NCBI GenBank assembly: GCA_012295275.1
Contig: CM022665.1
Location: 11,780,001-11,844,000, forward strand
Length of the DNA stretch: 64,000 nucleotides
Reading direction: 5' to 3'
Source: Chrysomallon squamiferum
Taxonomy: Eukaryota; Animalia; Mollusca
Part shown: piece after piece, positions 1 through 14,499 of the stretch
Layout of the letters: every line of letters starts with the position of its first letter
How positions within the stretch are numbered: position 1 is the stretch's first letter
Notes under the pieces: generated by a model
Told to the model about the DNA's origin: nothing
The model's database searches: none
Seen by the model: the letters and a program-made list of their open reading frames with translations, nothing else
Made by a program: the position numbers and the translations under genes

Positions 1-87
1 CTCCTAACAAATATTCAACATTAAATTTCTTTCTTTTTTTCCTTTTTTTTTTCTTTCTTTTTTTTTTTTTTCTTTCTTTCTCTTTTG

Positions 88-121
<34 letters not shown>

Positions 122-197
122 CTTTTTTCCTCTTTCTTTTATTTTTTCTTCGTTTTTGTTTCATTTCCATTTTTACCTTCATACATTTTGAAGTTAC

Positions 198-235
<38 letters not shown>

Positions 236-573
236 TTCGTTATGTTCATTAAGTTCAAATTCTCTTGGATTTTTCTCTTGTGAAAATGGAAAAACTGTGA
301 ACAGAATATTCATTAATATCAGCAATCAATAGTGTAGAAGGACGCACAAAAAAAAAAGAAAAAAAAAGTGTTCTTTATCGCTACCTGGTTCTCTGTTTAC
401 TTAGACGTAAGTATCTCACTTAATTGTCCGTTTCATGGATCCAGTGTACTGAGTAATGACAAAACGGAACGAAACGAATACGCCCACGTGATTGAGTGGA
501 CAATTATATTTTAATGGGTATATTTTTAGTATGTTATTTTTGTGGAGGTGCTAAAATATTCTTCTTCACTTCG

Positions 574-587
574 TATTATTATTATTA

Positions 588-637
<50 letters not shown>

Positions 638-1005
638 CATCATCATTATAATTATAATTATTATTATTATTGTAATTATCATCATAATTATCATTATAAT
701 ATTTAGTGAATAATTGTCAATAGTAGTTGTAGTAGTAGAATAGTGGTAGTAGTTGTTGTTATAGTAATAGTAATAATAATAATGATAATAGCAGCAGCTG
801 TAGCGATTATGGCAGTAGAGGCAGAAGCAAAAATATCGATTATTGTTTTTGTTAATATACATACATACATACATACATACATACATACATACATACATAC
901 ATACATACATACACATATATTTTTGAAATTATCATTTTTATTGTTGTTGGTGGTGATCTTCTTCTTCTTCTTCTTCTTCTTCTTATCGTCATTGTCATCA
1001 TCTGC
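574..1005. repeat. Compound microsatellite block (TTA)n, (TAG)n, (ATAC)n 857-912, (TTC)n
   Basis: Directly visible. Confidence 0.9.
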
Positions 1006-1549
1006 TTAGATTTCTTTAAACATTTTAAAACCTGTTTGATTATCGCCTCCTTACATATTGTACAGATTTTAGACAACATGGCACAACACAAGAGGAGCGA
1101 GAAACCTGGATACTTTTTACACATACATTATTGTCTAAGTTTCATCATGAGTCATTCTTGACAAACATCCCCAATACAACGTACTCACATACTCACAATT
1201 TGGTGCATGAATTAGTGACACACAGAACCACATTTCAGTAAACAGTTAAATAAATCAAATATGAAAGGGAAGCAACCAGATACATCGTCTGGATAAAAAG
1301 GGTGATGATGGTGGTACTTTGATTCTAGAACGGGTAAAAATTAAAAAAAAAAAGAATATAAATATTCGGGATTTTTCAGTGACTTTGGTTCTGTGTTAAA
1401 GACTCGCTTGTGATATAATAAAGATGTTGTTGGTATTTATACTTAGGAAATAAAAATGACTCGCGTGGCTTTAACTTTAATGTATTCCGGAATGACAAAA
1501 AATATATTTATTTATTTATTTATTTATTTATTTATAGTTTTACTCTTGA

Positions 1550-1554
<5 letters not shown>

Positions 1555-1642
<88 letters not shown>
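1555..1642. repeat. (CT)n microsatellite
   Basis: Directly visible. Confidence 0.95.
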
Positions 1643-1646
<4 letters not shown>

Positions 1647-2183
1647 CTGATTTTCCTTCCATTTTATTTTCGCATTCTAACGGTATCTCACTCACTCCTT
1701 CTCAGTGTTTGTGAATCTGTCTCACAGGTATTTTTATACATTCGGTATAAATTGTTTTAACATACGTTTTAAAATCAAAATTAATGGTTATTAACACTTG
1801 TTCCAAATTTCAACAGAATATGTTATTTTTCTTCGAACAACTGTAGTAAAAATATTTTTAAGTGCATTGGTGGTTTGTAGTGTATCTGTTTTATTGCTGG
1901 CGGATTTTATCATACGTAAAGTTTTTGATAATTATTTATCATTATATTAATACATTCTTCTTCTTATTATTATTATTATTATCATCATCATCATTAGTAG
2001 TAGTAGAGTAGTAGTAGTAGAAGTAGTAGTAGTTGTTGTTGCAGTGGTAGTAGTTATTTATTTTTTATATTTCGTTTTAATTGATTTAAATACATGTAAT
2101 TATAAAAAAAATATTTACTTCTTAATATACATATAAAATTTCGTTTTTTATTGTTTTTCTTCTTTATCATCGTTCTCATCATC

Positions 2184-2225
<42 letters not shown>

Positions 2226-2486
2226 GTTGTTGTTGTTGTTGTTGTTACTATTACTATACCCACGTTAATACTATCTGTATTACGTAACACTCTCACTAAG
2301 ACCTGTTTAATGGTGATAATGACTTAAAACGCCCACGGACATTTCACACGTGATTCACAAAAATCACGGGATCCGGTTGTTTGTGTAGCAACACGAAATA
2401 ACCACGAACTAACATTTTCATGATTGTGATTTCGTAAATGCTAATTGCGTCACTATGGTTTAAGTAAATGTTTAAACACAGTATAT

Positions 2487-2528
<42 letters not shown>

Positions 2529-4495
2529 GTAATTTTCTAAATTAATTATATATATATATAAAGATACATTTAATTATTTTATAACATTTAACAAATATTA
2601 TTGTTACTCTACTAGTAGTAACTGTTATTTTTTTTTTTTTTTTCCTTTCTTTTCTTTTCTTTTTCAAATAATTTTTATCGTTGCCTTCCTTTTTTCTTTT
2701 TATAATTCATTAATATTAAACTTACCGTTGTTTCCAGTGTTGGAAAATAAAATAAATAAATAAATTAAAAAAAACAAACAAACAACAACAACAACAACAA
2801 CAACAAAAAAGCCACTTATGTTTACATTTACTAAAGGCAAAAATTTTATCGAATGTAATTAATTTATTAAGTGAATATTAAATTTTAATATATATATATA
2901 TAAACCCAAACAAACAAAAAAAATTTCACAAATAATTATATATCATTGTAGAAAAGTTATATATTCTTTATTATAAATAATTATTTCTATCTCATTATTT
3001 ATTTTACTATTAATTTATTCTAATTTCATTATTAATTATGTCCACTCTTACTTCTATGCAATTAGTGAAAGATTCTAATTAAACTCTTTTTCGTCTTGTT
3101 TTCCTTTGGTACATTTGAGTAGATTCATAATCTTTCTTTTTCTCCACAGGTAATACTTGTCTAGAAATATGATTGTTATTTTTATTTTTTTTTTTTTTTT
3201 TTTGCTTTAAAAAAGTCGGATCAAATTGAAAGGTTCATCCAGGACTCGTAAGAGTCCTATTCAAAAAAAAAAAATAATAATAATAAAAATACAAATAATG
3301 AAAATTAAAAAGAGGAAAGAAAGCAAGAAAAAGAAACTGTATAAAAATAGAACAGACAAAAGATAAATGTATCCCAGGTGATAACAATACGAGTGAACGG
3401 AACTGACGAATTCCGGCGGCTTCGACGAATACCGTGGATCGACCTGTCTCCGAGTGGCACCTTTTATCGAAAGAGAGGCGTATAGCATGAATCTTTAATT
3501 CTCATCACTGGCATCCCGCTTGCCTCACCCGAAAAACATCTCATTTCTCGATTGTGCGGTTTCAAAGAGGCCACATAACGTGATATTTTTTTTACTTGAA
3601 ATGAAGATAACTGAAGTGGGGGTGTTAAGAACGCTGGAAAAGATAGACGAATGGGTCTTTTCTTGTTCGTTACAACACACGCCCAACTCTGCGTTAAGCC
3701 GCAATACAATATTCTTTTCAATAACTGTTTCAATTTCAGTTTCGTGATATACAAATAAACCACCTCGTTTTTTTTTTTTTTTTTTTTTTTTTTTTCTTCA
3801 TCTTCATTTTCGTTTTTAGTTAAATATAGCAATACTTTCATTTTTGAAAACACGACAGTTGATATAACGTTTTCACTGCCCAGTGTAAACATATTTTTAC
3901 TTAACCACTCTTCGTTCAGGTAAATACAGGTATGACATGTTTTGCAACATGTGACGTATATTTTATGTGTATATTTTTATGTTTTATGACTAAAACTTCC
4001 TCATTTCGTTTCTTTATTTATCTGAAAAGGAAGAGCTAAATATGGTAACATCAAAGTCGAAAAAAATAAACAAGATAGAAGAAGGCGCGGATTCAGTACG
4101 ATGGTCACAAACGTAAATCGTCATCCCTTAGACATTCTGTAAAATGCATTAGTCAAAATGTTCACTAACGTCTATATTTTAACATTATGAGCTCGGCTCT
4201 GGTTAAATATCCAGTGAGTGAGTTTGTCTAGTTAACAGTCTTGGATCCACCAATTGATATATTTTAACATAATACTTGTGTATTTTTTTTAAGTATTTGT
4301 TTTAATTATTTTTTTTTAATTTTATTATTTATTATTATTATGTTGTTTTTTTTTAATTTAAGGTTGGTCATTTTCGGTATTTGTAGCTTTATGGAAAGCT
4401 TTCAAGCAAATATTTTTTCTACCACAACGGAATTCTTTTTCAAATAGTATACCATTATATACAAATTGGGTGGGGATAATAACAACAATAACGAT

Positions 4496-4530
<35 letters not shown>

Positions 4531-4904
4531 TAAATAAACATAAAAAAATAAAAAATGAAATAAACAAACAACAACAAAATAATAATAATTTTTTGAAAAC
4601 GTAAAGAAAATTGCTTATCAAAATGGGTAGAAACATTTCAGATATTTGTTTATTAACTGCTGTCGACGTAATCAAATATATCTATATATGTAAAAATATA
4701 TATATTTTGTGTGAGTGTATGTATATGTATGTATGTATGTATATATTCACACGCATACACTCACACAGACACAAAGTATATATTTTATATATGATTCATT
4801 AAAATGAATGAATCAAAATTATATACATTAACACAAGCATATTATTGTTATTATTATTAGTATTATTTGTTGTTCTTATTGTTTTATTATTATCATCGTG
4901 AACA

Positions 4905-4935
<31 letters not shown>

Positions 4936-6020
4936 AACAACAAAGGCCAGTAAAAGGAAATTGCTCATGCTAACAGGCACTATAATTTGTAATAAATTAT
5001 AACAAATGATCAATGAAAGAAAGAAAAAAAGAGAGAGAAAGATTTTAATAGATCAACGTAAAATGAACGCCAGTCCTTGTAGCATCTTCACAGAAAATTA
5101 ATGCAAGATCTCAAACGATCTAAATGCGAAATGTACAAGATATCTATAACAGTACATCTACACACACTGAACAACCTCTTCTGAGACATAAAACATCAAT
5201 CAATTTATTCAATATTCCAAGTAATTATTAAGAGATCGATAAATATTCAATTATCTCCGCATTTCCACTGCACTCGTCATGACACAATTAACGGACGACA
5301 ACTCCTACCCAGTTCAGCATCACTGGCGACACCAACCGGCAGAACCTCGAGAGCGATCAACATCCGGGTTTTTTGAAACTCTAAACATAAGAAGGCGAGG
5401 TTTGTCAGTCTAAGTAAATACAACATTATCGATATCTATATTACGTATTGACTGTGTTATTGATGATAGTTTTACCAATTTGTATCTATTTGTGATCTAT
5501 TTATTCTCTTCTGTGAGACTGTGATACAGAAGTACCCAGTCATTTAAGTTATGGATATAAAAAAAAAAAAAAAACGAGGAATGTATGAATATGCAAATTT
5601 TTCAAATATGGCTGTCGTAAAAGGAAATTTTTAAAGACATGTTCAATAATGCATCGGAGTGTAACATTTTAAAGAATTTTTTTTTCTCTCTCTCTCTCTT
5701 TTTTTTTTTTTTTTTTTTTTTTTGTTTCGTTGAAAGTCCTTTTAGAACAATTATCTTAAAATTATAACTATTTATTTACATTAGTCTCAAAACTGAATTT
5801 CTTCATTGTGCTTGTTAAGGGTCTGAATAAAGTACAAAATTAAATGGTTTCGGTCACTAGCTAATTGAGCTTTTCCATCTGGATCCCTGTTTAAGACTGA
5901 TTCAGTTTATGCCAGAAGAGACTTTACCTTACATTTCTATTAATATTCAAGATTAGCTTAATTGGACATGCATTAACATTTACTTTGCGCTATTTAAAGT
6001 TTGAATTCAATGTTGAAACA

Positions 6021-6052
<32 letters not shown>

Positions 6053-6549
6053 AATGAATTCGCAATACATGTTAATCCTCAGAAAGATTTAGTTATGAAT
6101 TATAAAGTAAATCAGCGGCATATTTTATAAGCCTTTTGAAATATATTGGTAAAGGATATGTTTGTAAGACTTCAATAATACTTTTCATCGCATGGCAAGA
6201 TTATGAGCATGAGAAAATTGTTAAATAGTGGAGCAAGAGTGGACTATAGCTAAATGAGCAGTGACAAGAGACAGTGTTACTTTTTGGGGGATTTTTCTCT
6301 TCTAAGCCAGTGCTCGAGCAATGATTTAGCAAATACCACGATACAAGAAGACCCATTTATAAAATCTTTGATACAAATCGCTGAAACATTATAAAATGGC
6401 TGGCGAACTTTTTCTCTCATAATCATTATTACAGAAACAAATGTATACAACCATCTAATAACCATTTATTATTAATATTATTTTAAATGTCATTCATTTA
6501 TTTATTAATCCATTCCCACCCGCCAACCCCCTAACTTAATGAATTTCTC

Positions 6550-6587
<38 letters not shown>

Positions 6588-9500
6588 AAAATAAATAAAT
6601 AAATAAAGACGAACAGACTAACGGACTTGGAACCTGAGCCGGGTGAAGGTCGAAGAGAATCGCTAAAGTGACACGTATGAGAAAAGACTCTCCCTGTTTC
6701 TTCGGCTTCATCCTCGGCGCGGTCTAGGCACGATCTGTAAATTTGATTCAAGGGTTACCTTCTCTCGGTTTCCGGACAATTCCGTTTGCCGTTCAAATCA
6801 GCAAACAGTCTCTATTGTCTTTCGTGGGAGAGAAATGTGTTTGGCATGAAATTGTGCATTCCTCTTGATTAGATATTGTTGCATGTCACTGCTGAAAGGC
6901 GCCCCAAAACAAGTGGCATGAATGGGACTTGCAAAAAGCAGAATCGCGCTTGCCACATTCTGAAAATGTCGAAAATGCCAGCACACTTGTTTCTAAATTA
7001 ATATTTCACAGCTTTTCTTTCAGTATAAATATTAGTTTGGTTGTGTTGTTCAATAAGTTAAGAAGCTTTTTTATTTAACGATGGTAATTTATTGATTGAC
7101 GTGGGTTTTTTTTTTTTTTTTTTTTTTTCAAATGGCAACAGACAGGAATAAGAGAAACTGTAAATATTTAAAATTTATTTTCTCTAGTAATTATATTTTT
7201 CATTTCAAAGTGAATGTAATAAAATATCCAAACTTAAACTGCATGATTGTATGATAATTTTATGCTATGTTGTTGCGTTAAAAATCATTTTCCATAATAT
7301 TTTATGCCTTTCCTTTTCCAGAACAACAACAACAACAACAACAATAATAACAATAATAATAATAATAATAACAACAACAACAATAACAAACACAAATTCA
7401 AAGAGCTACGGGGAAATAATCTCATCACCTTAAAAAATATATAACAATAAACAGATTCCCACACACACTAATTAATTTATACAGAAAATATTTCCAGATA
7501 TTACTGCATACAGAACATCACTTGATGCATGGTGTATGTTCTACGGTGGCTGGTCAACACTTTCTGATGTCGGAGTCTCTCGCCATGGTTAGTTCAGCAA
7601 ACGCTGTCTATTTTGTAGAACAATTTGTACGACACCTCTCAGCGTGTTTAAAGGATTCGTAGCTTGGTTATCGCCAACAGTCTGGAAGCCCAAATCTCAC
7701 CGAGTGACTCTCTTTAAAATAATAATAATAAAAGTCAAAATAACTTCAATAATTCATATTATTATTATTTTTTTTAAACCAAACAAAAAAACAAACACCA
7801 CAAAACACCACACACAAACACACACACACACACACACACAGGCAGAGAGCCAGACAGACAGACACACACACACAAACAGAAACACACACACAGTCTAAAT
7901 TTACATACATACTTACATACATAATTCATTCGTTCGTTTTCATATAAACAGGTCATTGTTTCTTTATTGCATTCCTTGATTCTTTCTTCAGTATATTTGT
8001 AGAACAAGGACGATGCAATTCAAAATGGATCTTCTTGTCCTAAACGACATTATTTGTAGGTCACCAAAGGTTTTTTTTATTGAGTTTAATTTTGTTTTTG
8101 TTTTTTTGAGAGGTGGGGTTTTGTGGGTTTTTTGTTGTTTTTTTTTTTTTTTTTTTTTTAGATAATTAGCATAAACAGATTACTTTAAATTTTTAAGTGC
8201 TCCAATTTCATGTTCAAAACATTTCTCACTCCGCTCCTCTTTTCTTTTCTTCTTTTTCTGTTGTTTAATGAAAATTATCATGAACAATATTTACTGTCTG
8301 ACATATGCAAAGTTTTAGAGAATTGTAATTCTGTTTTACTCTGGGATGGGTAAGAACCCCGTACCTATTATGAATCCAAATATTCTGGAAACTTGATGAA
8401 GAAAATATTCATAGACATGATTTATTAGGTCTAAAATTATTATTCGTTATTTTAGTAGCCATTTCTGAGTTGTATTATGAAGGAAAATGTTAAACATTCT
8501 CACAGCTGTTAAAAAAAAAAAAAAAAAAAAAAAAATTAAGAGGACATTAATTTCAGAATAATCTTTGGTTAACAACATCATGTGAAAAATAAATAAATAA
8601 ATAAACAGACAAAGAAACAAATCGTGAGATATTTATAAAATTTTTTTAGAAAAAAGAAAGAAATGAAAACATTATATTCAGCACTTACAGGGAAAGATTT
8701 TTTTATAAACATTTAAAAGCAATCCGTATGGTATTTAAACACCTGGAAATCAAACTAACCATGACTGTTTGTTACATTATTATTGTTACTACTACTACTA
8801 CCATCACGAGTACTGTTACTTTCATGATCATTATTTTTGTTAGTAAACCTTTTATGCGGTCGCTGAATGGACTGAATATAAATAAAGTTCTGTTCTGTAA
8901 GCTTGTTAACCCTATTTTGCTGCATTAGGGATTAATTAAAAAGAAGAGAACATTGTTCTCACATCTTGCCAATTAGTTTTGAAGAAGAGCCTGTATAAGG
9001 ATACGATCCTAGAAGCTATCAGCCTTAGGGTCGATGGCTTAACAACATGGGCGTTCAGGGACAGCAGGCCGTATACTTTCTACGAGTGGACCCCCTTCAG
9101 TGATGTCGTCCAACAAAAAGGTCAAGTGGGGATAGCTGTCCAGGGAAACACAGGCCAAACAGGGCCAACTTACTCCAGGACAAGATTAAACACGACAGGA
9201 TAGCCTAGAGAGAATTTTAAAAATCACACGGAAATCGCGCGTACGACAATTGTGTGATTGAAAAATGATATTGGCTTAGAAGGAAAGAAGTCCTCCATAT
9301 TAAACAGGAAGACTGTTCAGAGCATTGTCCGCTAAAAACTCACTAGACAAATTCGAAACTGTCTTGAGGCCAGCTCCGTTGCGAGGCTTGTGACAAATGG
9401 TAGGGCGGAAACTGGTCGCTTGAAGGTATATTCTATACCAGAAAGTGTTTTATTCGAAAATTTATGAAGCGTAAATAATAGTTTGTTATTTTATATTGAA

Positions 9501-11019
9501 AACACAGTTTGTCCTGTTGTCCATTGAGTTCTTTTCAAATCGGTTACTTTAATCTTTTAATCACACCATATGTTGTGCCCTAGAGGAAGATGGCGTTTTT
9601 TGTGTTATACATTTCATAATTATATAGCTGTGACATAGCGGCGATTTGCTAAGAAGAACAAAAATATATTTTCCCTATTAAAAATTAATCCTCATACTTT
9701 TATAATATTTAAAAAAAAAAAAAAAATAATAATAAAAAAGAAAGAATTATAATAATGAAATAAATTAAGGCTTCAAAATTTGGACATTTACTGATATTTC
9801 TGAAAAATAAAATAAAATAATAATAATAATAATTATTATTATTAGTAGTAGTAGTATAGTAGCAGTGGCAGTAGTAGTAGAAGTAGTAGTAGTAGTAGTA
9901 GAAGCAGTAGTAGCATGCAAGGTTGAAGTATTAAATTTTCAGTTTTGTTTAATTATTGTTCTTGTCTGAATCATTTAAAAGCACAAGTGGGACCTGTTCT
10001 TTTACAACAGAAAAACAAACATTTAAAGTTCATTCATTCATCCAGTCATCCATCCATCCATTCATTAGTTCATTTATCTCTCGATTCATCCATTTATTCA
10101 GAATTACCCAAATAACTGAACTCAAATACGCTAGTTTTATTTAATAAAGTTAATTACGAAAACGTCACTAAGTTTATCAATGATTACATTGCACCAAAAA
10201 ATTATATTTGCGCCCATTGCTGCCGTGTGCATTATGTAAATTTGTTCTTTGTGCAAATATTAATATACATCAGTGTACAAAGTCATGGTCAGAGAATTAT
10301 TTGTATGTTTCTTGTTTATCTGACTGGAATGCTTGTCATTATAGGCGGGATGTCAATCTAAAGATCCAGTTCCTGGTTACTCTGTTATAGCCGTTGTTTC
10401 AATATTCCATAACCTGTATTGTTTGTTCTGTATCAAATATAATATATTTAATAATGCGTTAGACAGAAGCTTTAAGACAGTGTGCAAACATACAGTCAAC
10501 AGAATCTACAAATACACAATTCCAAACAAATACAAATGTCAAAAAAAAGCTCTTGCAAATAGATATAAACATATTTTTATTCTCCCGCTCACACGCACGC
10601 ATAAAGAAACAAACACACACGTACACCTATATTCACAAACGCTGACAGATACGTAAACAAAAGTAAAACACAAAAACAAATACTACCAGAAAAAAACACC
10701 CAAAAAGAGAAAAACAAAAAACAAAAACAAATATATATATATATATGCATGTGCAATTATGCAAACAGCTAGGCGTTCGCTATTAGTTACAAAGTTTCTT
10801 TTCATTTCACACATAACAGATTTAATATTATTTTTACTACCGAACCATTTGGGGAAAAAATGGGTTATGATACATGTTCTTTATAAGCAAATGCTTCAAA
10901 ATAAACAGCATCGTCTGTATATCTCACAATTAACTTATAGATACTTTTCAATTTCACTGGTCTGGGTTTGGAAACGGGTTAACACGTTAACAAAATGATG
11001 ATACGTTCTTTAATCCAAA

Positions 11020-11730
11020 TATCTGGTATTTGCCGGCCAATCCTTTCCACAAACAAAGTGTTATTTTTGCGATAAAGAAAAACATAATAAACAACACGGG
11101 TGAAACAACAAAACGGATTTCTGCGAGTCGTCCAGATAGACTGTGATTTGATCTGAGCCTCTTTTGTCGGTTTGTGTATTGTTTGCAATCTTCTCGTTTT
11201 TGGGGGAGAAATATGATAATTAACCTCTTATCATGACAGACCAGTTTATTTGTCGAAAGGATTATTATGAAAATTCCCTCTGCCCCAATTAGAAAAAGGA
11301 TACGGATGATCCCTCGCTCACAGCGACGGGAGAACGGAAATTTGCCAGATATGTCAAATAATTAAGAAATACGGTGCTTGACTGGCGCTTAATTCTCAGT
11401 CTGTCATACCCGTTAATTTGCCAACTGAAAAATACTTGTTGTAGAGAAGACAGAGTGATACTTAGGAGAAATTAGCAGGGACGAAACCCAAGTCTTTCGA
11501 TCATGGCGGCAAACATCTCGTGCGCGCGTGCAAACAAACCTTAGTGCGCAAGTGTTTGATGTGCTATTATAATAACAATGAATGAATTCTCTCTGGCGTT
11601 ATTTTCTCATTAATTTACATCGAGGGGTGGCTGAAACAAGGAGGAAAGAGGATGTTTCACGCTGAATTTACCATGTGGTACATTGCTCTGTCTGTTTACT
11701 TGTGTACGTGTGTTTCTGTTGACAAAATAC
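11020..11730. promoter_or_regulatory. Candidate distal cis-regulatory island
   Basis: Non-repetitive, CpG-containing, no credible ORF. Fox TGTTTAC at ~11694, paired-type TTCACGC at 11656, several TAAT/ATTA cores. Confidence 0.4.
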
Positions 11731-13037
11731 TGTAGACATTTAAAATACAGATAATATAGTTCATTATAACTGAAAATTGCCATCTGTAATAAGAATTTTT
11801 TTTTTCATTAATTTTGTATTTCCTTTAGTATTTTCTTTGCACTTAGTTCAAAGCAGCTACGATGACAATATAATAATAAAAATGAAAAATACTAATTTAG
11901 CGTTAGTTCAATAATTGTTGAAATAATAGCTTTAATAGTAGTAGTACTAGTAGTGGTAATAGTAGGACGAGGAGGAGATTTTAGTAACACGATAGTTGTT
12001 TTAATAGTAGTAGTAGTAGTAGCAGCAGCAGCAACAGTAGTAGTAACACTCATTTTAGTAAGAGAAATACTAGCAGAGTAAAAAAATGTATAAATAATTT
12101 AAGAGTTCGCAATAATAGAATAAAATCTAATGGTACTAGGTGTAGCAACAGCATCAACAATTTCAATTTTTTTTCCTGAATATATTTGTAATAATGTACA
12201 CTTCCCTTCATATATCTCTTACATAAATCACCGCAGTCAACACGAAAACAAAATTGAGGTAGAATTTATTTTCAATAAAATTACAAATATGTAAAAAAAA
12301 AAAAAAAACCAACAAAAACAAACTGGAACTCTTAAATAATACGGAAATACTATTTTAATATTGTTATCACACATATCAACTACTTTGACTGCAGTTTGAT
12401 TTATTGCCTGAGCCAGATGATTAGCTATACATGTGACAACCGACTGTTTAATGATCACTGGTCTTTTACGGTTCTGTACAAATAGATATGTGTTCATTTG
12501 TTTGTTCAGCTCACGTGTATATATTTGCACGCACACACAATTCAACGTTTACTTTGTCATTTCCATTCTAATGATATTCTGTAAATGACTGTGACCACAT
12601 ACGACGAACATAATAGTTGGTCGTCACAACAAAGGCCAGACGCTGTATTAAACGCCGTCAACTTTATTATTATGAATTCAGACAACATCAAGGTACACAT
12701 GTAATAATCATTTATGATTTGATCGACAAATCATTCTCGCAATTACAAAGCATGTGTGTTTATTTTTTTGATTTGGTTTTCGTTGACTTACATGCCGGAC
12801 TGAATGAGAACCCGAAACTCCGTGTTTACCCTACATTTTATGCCTCAGTTATTGGCAAACATAATTTGAATTGGGGAAAAAGCAAAATGGCGGCTAACGC
12901 TAGAACCATTCGCTGTTGAACAATGCCGCGCACGTGGTGAGACACCGGTGTGGACTCTCTGTATTCCCGCACGTCCAATGGCAAATGAATAAATGTTTCG
13001 CGGACTGCTGAATGCCAGTCTAGTCAAAGAGCAAGAG

Positions 13038-13073
<36 letters not shown>

Positions 13074-14499
13074 TAACCTTTCAGAACGGGTAGCCCAACC
13101 CAAATACACTGTATTGTTCACATTTCCGAAATGCTAAAGGTAAAAACGTTCTTGATCAACGCTTATTAATTTTTCAGACCGCGTGTACGGGGTACAATTT
13201 ATTATATATAATACGATTCTTCTGAATTTCTATTTATTGGTATTCCTGCATGTGTAGGAAGCTTTCATTCAAATTTTTATTCACTCCAGCATGTTTTTTT
13301 CTTTCTTTTCTCGAATAGACACGGTTTGATTATATTAATTTTAGAACCCGATTTTGTTGTCTACTAAAGAAATGGTGACATTGATATGCGTAAAAAATAT
13401 GAATCAAACATTAATATATTGATATACTGATACATGACCCATGATATTATTTTGGAATTAAATGTTTATATGTGCATATATATATATATAAAGTAAGTGT
13501 AAAGTAATCGTGTACATAGAATTTACATATCATGTTGCTGATTGTAATACCTCTAAAGTTTTTTGTTCTCTATTTATAACACTTTTATCAATTAATTATA
13601 TATATATTAAGTCAAGTTATAAACGTTTAGATCACAAACATACTGTTTTCAAGTTATACAAAATTCTGTTAACAGAAGAAAAATAAATAGAAAAAAGTAA
13701 CTGTTCTAAAGAGATAATTATGACTAGATTTTTGTGTACTAAATACTTTGGTATTTGCCTTATTGTCTTTTTGAAAAATCTGTGTAAAATATCTAAGAAT
13801 CGGTAAGAACTGAACACAGAAAATCGTCAGAGGGCTGTTTCTGTTACAGAATGTTTATAATTTAATTTTCTCTGATATATAACGTGTCAGGAGAGTGTTA
13901 TAACCTGAAAGTAATTTAAGAACATAATGCTTAATTCACTTGCACCAATTTACACAATAATCCAAGTCAAAATATTTTATTATTCTGTAATGAACTGCAA
14001 AAAGTAGAGGATCCAGAATATGCTATTTGTCGTTCACTGGGTAGAGATTGTTCAGTCATTACGTACTTCGAATATTCAAATCTCAAGAGTAATACGAGGA
14101 ATATATACTGTTGAAAAAAAGATATGTTAGGATTTTTAATTCCAAACAAATACAGATTTAAAATAAATAAATAAATAAAATTAATTAATAAATTAATTTT
14201 GCCAATCACTATTTAATATTTAGAAATTATTCGAGTAAAACAATATATAATCATTATTCTTTTCACAACAAACTTTGGATGGGTAACAGTCAAACATACA
14301 GAAGACAAATGGAGATTATTAAATGTAGTATTTCTTATTATTTATGTTATTTATTCATAAGACTAACATTTCTTTCTATTCAGTATTCCGCCGTTCTTTA
14401 ATTAAATTTATTTATTTTTAAATTTCACAATTAAGCTTAGTAACATTTAGAAACAGGTAAAACCAAACTCCATCAGAAGCTACAATAGCACATTAATTT

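Noticed and set aside
3241-3258. Hairpin AGGACTC-GTAA-GAGTCCT with a GNRA loop before an A run
   Set aside because: 7-bp stems occur by chance in 64 kb; there is no Helitron-type CTRR end, and intrinsic terminators do not apply in this eukaryotic context.
8979-9203. 74-aa ORF in a GC-elevated island
   Set aside because: TTG start and no domain; more plausibly noncoding.
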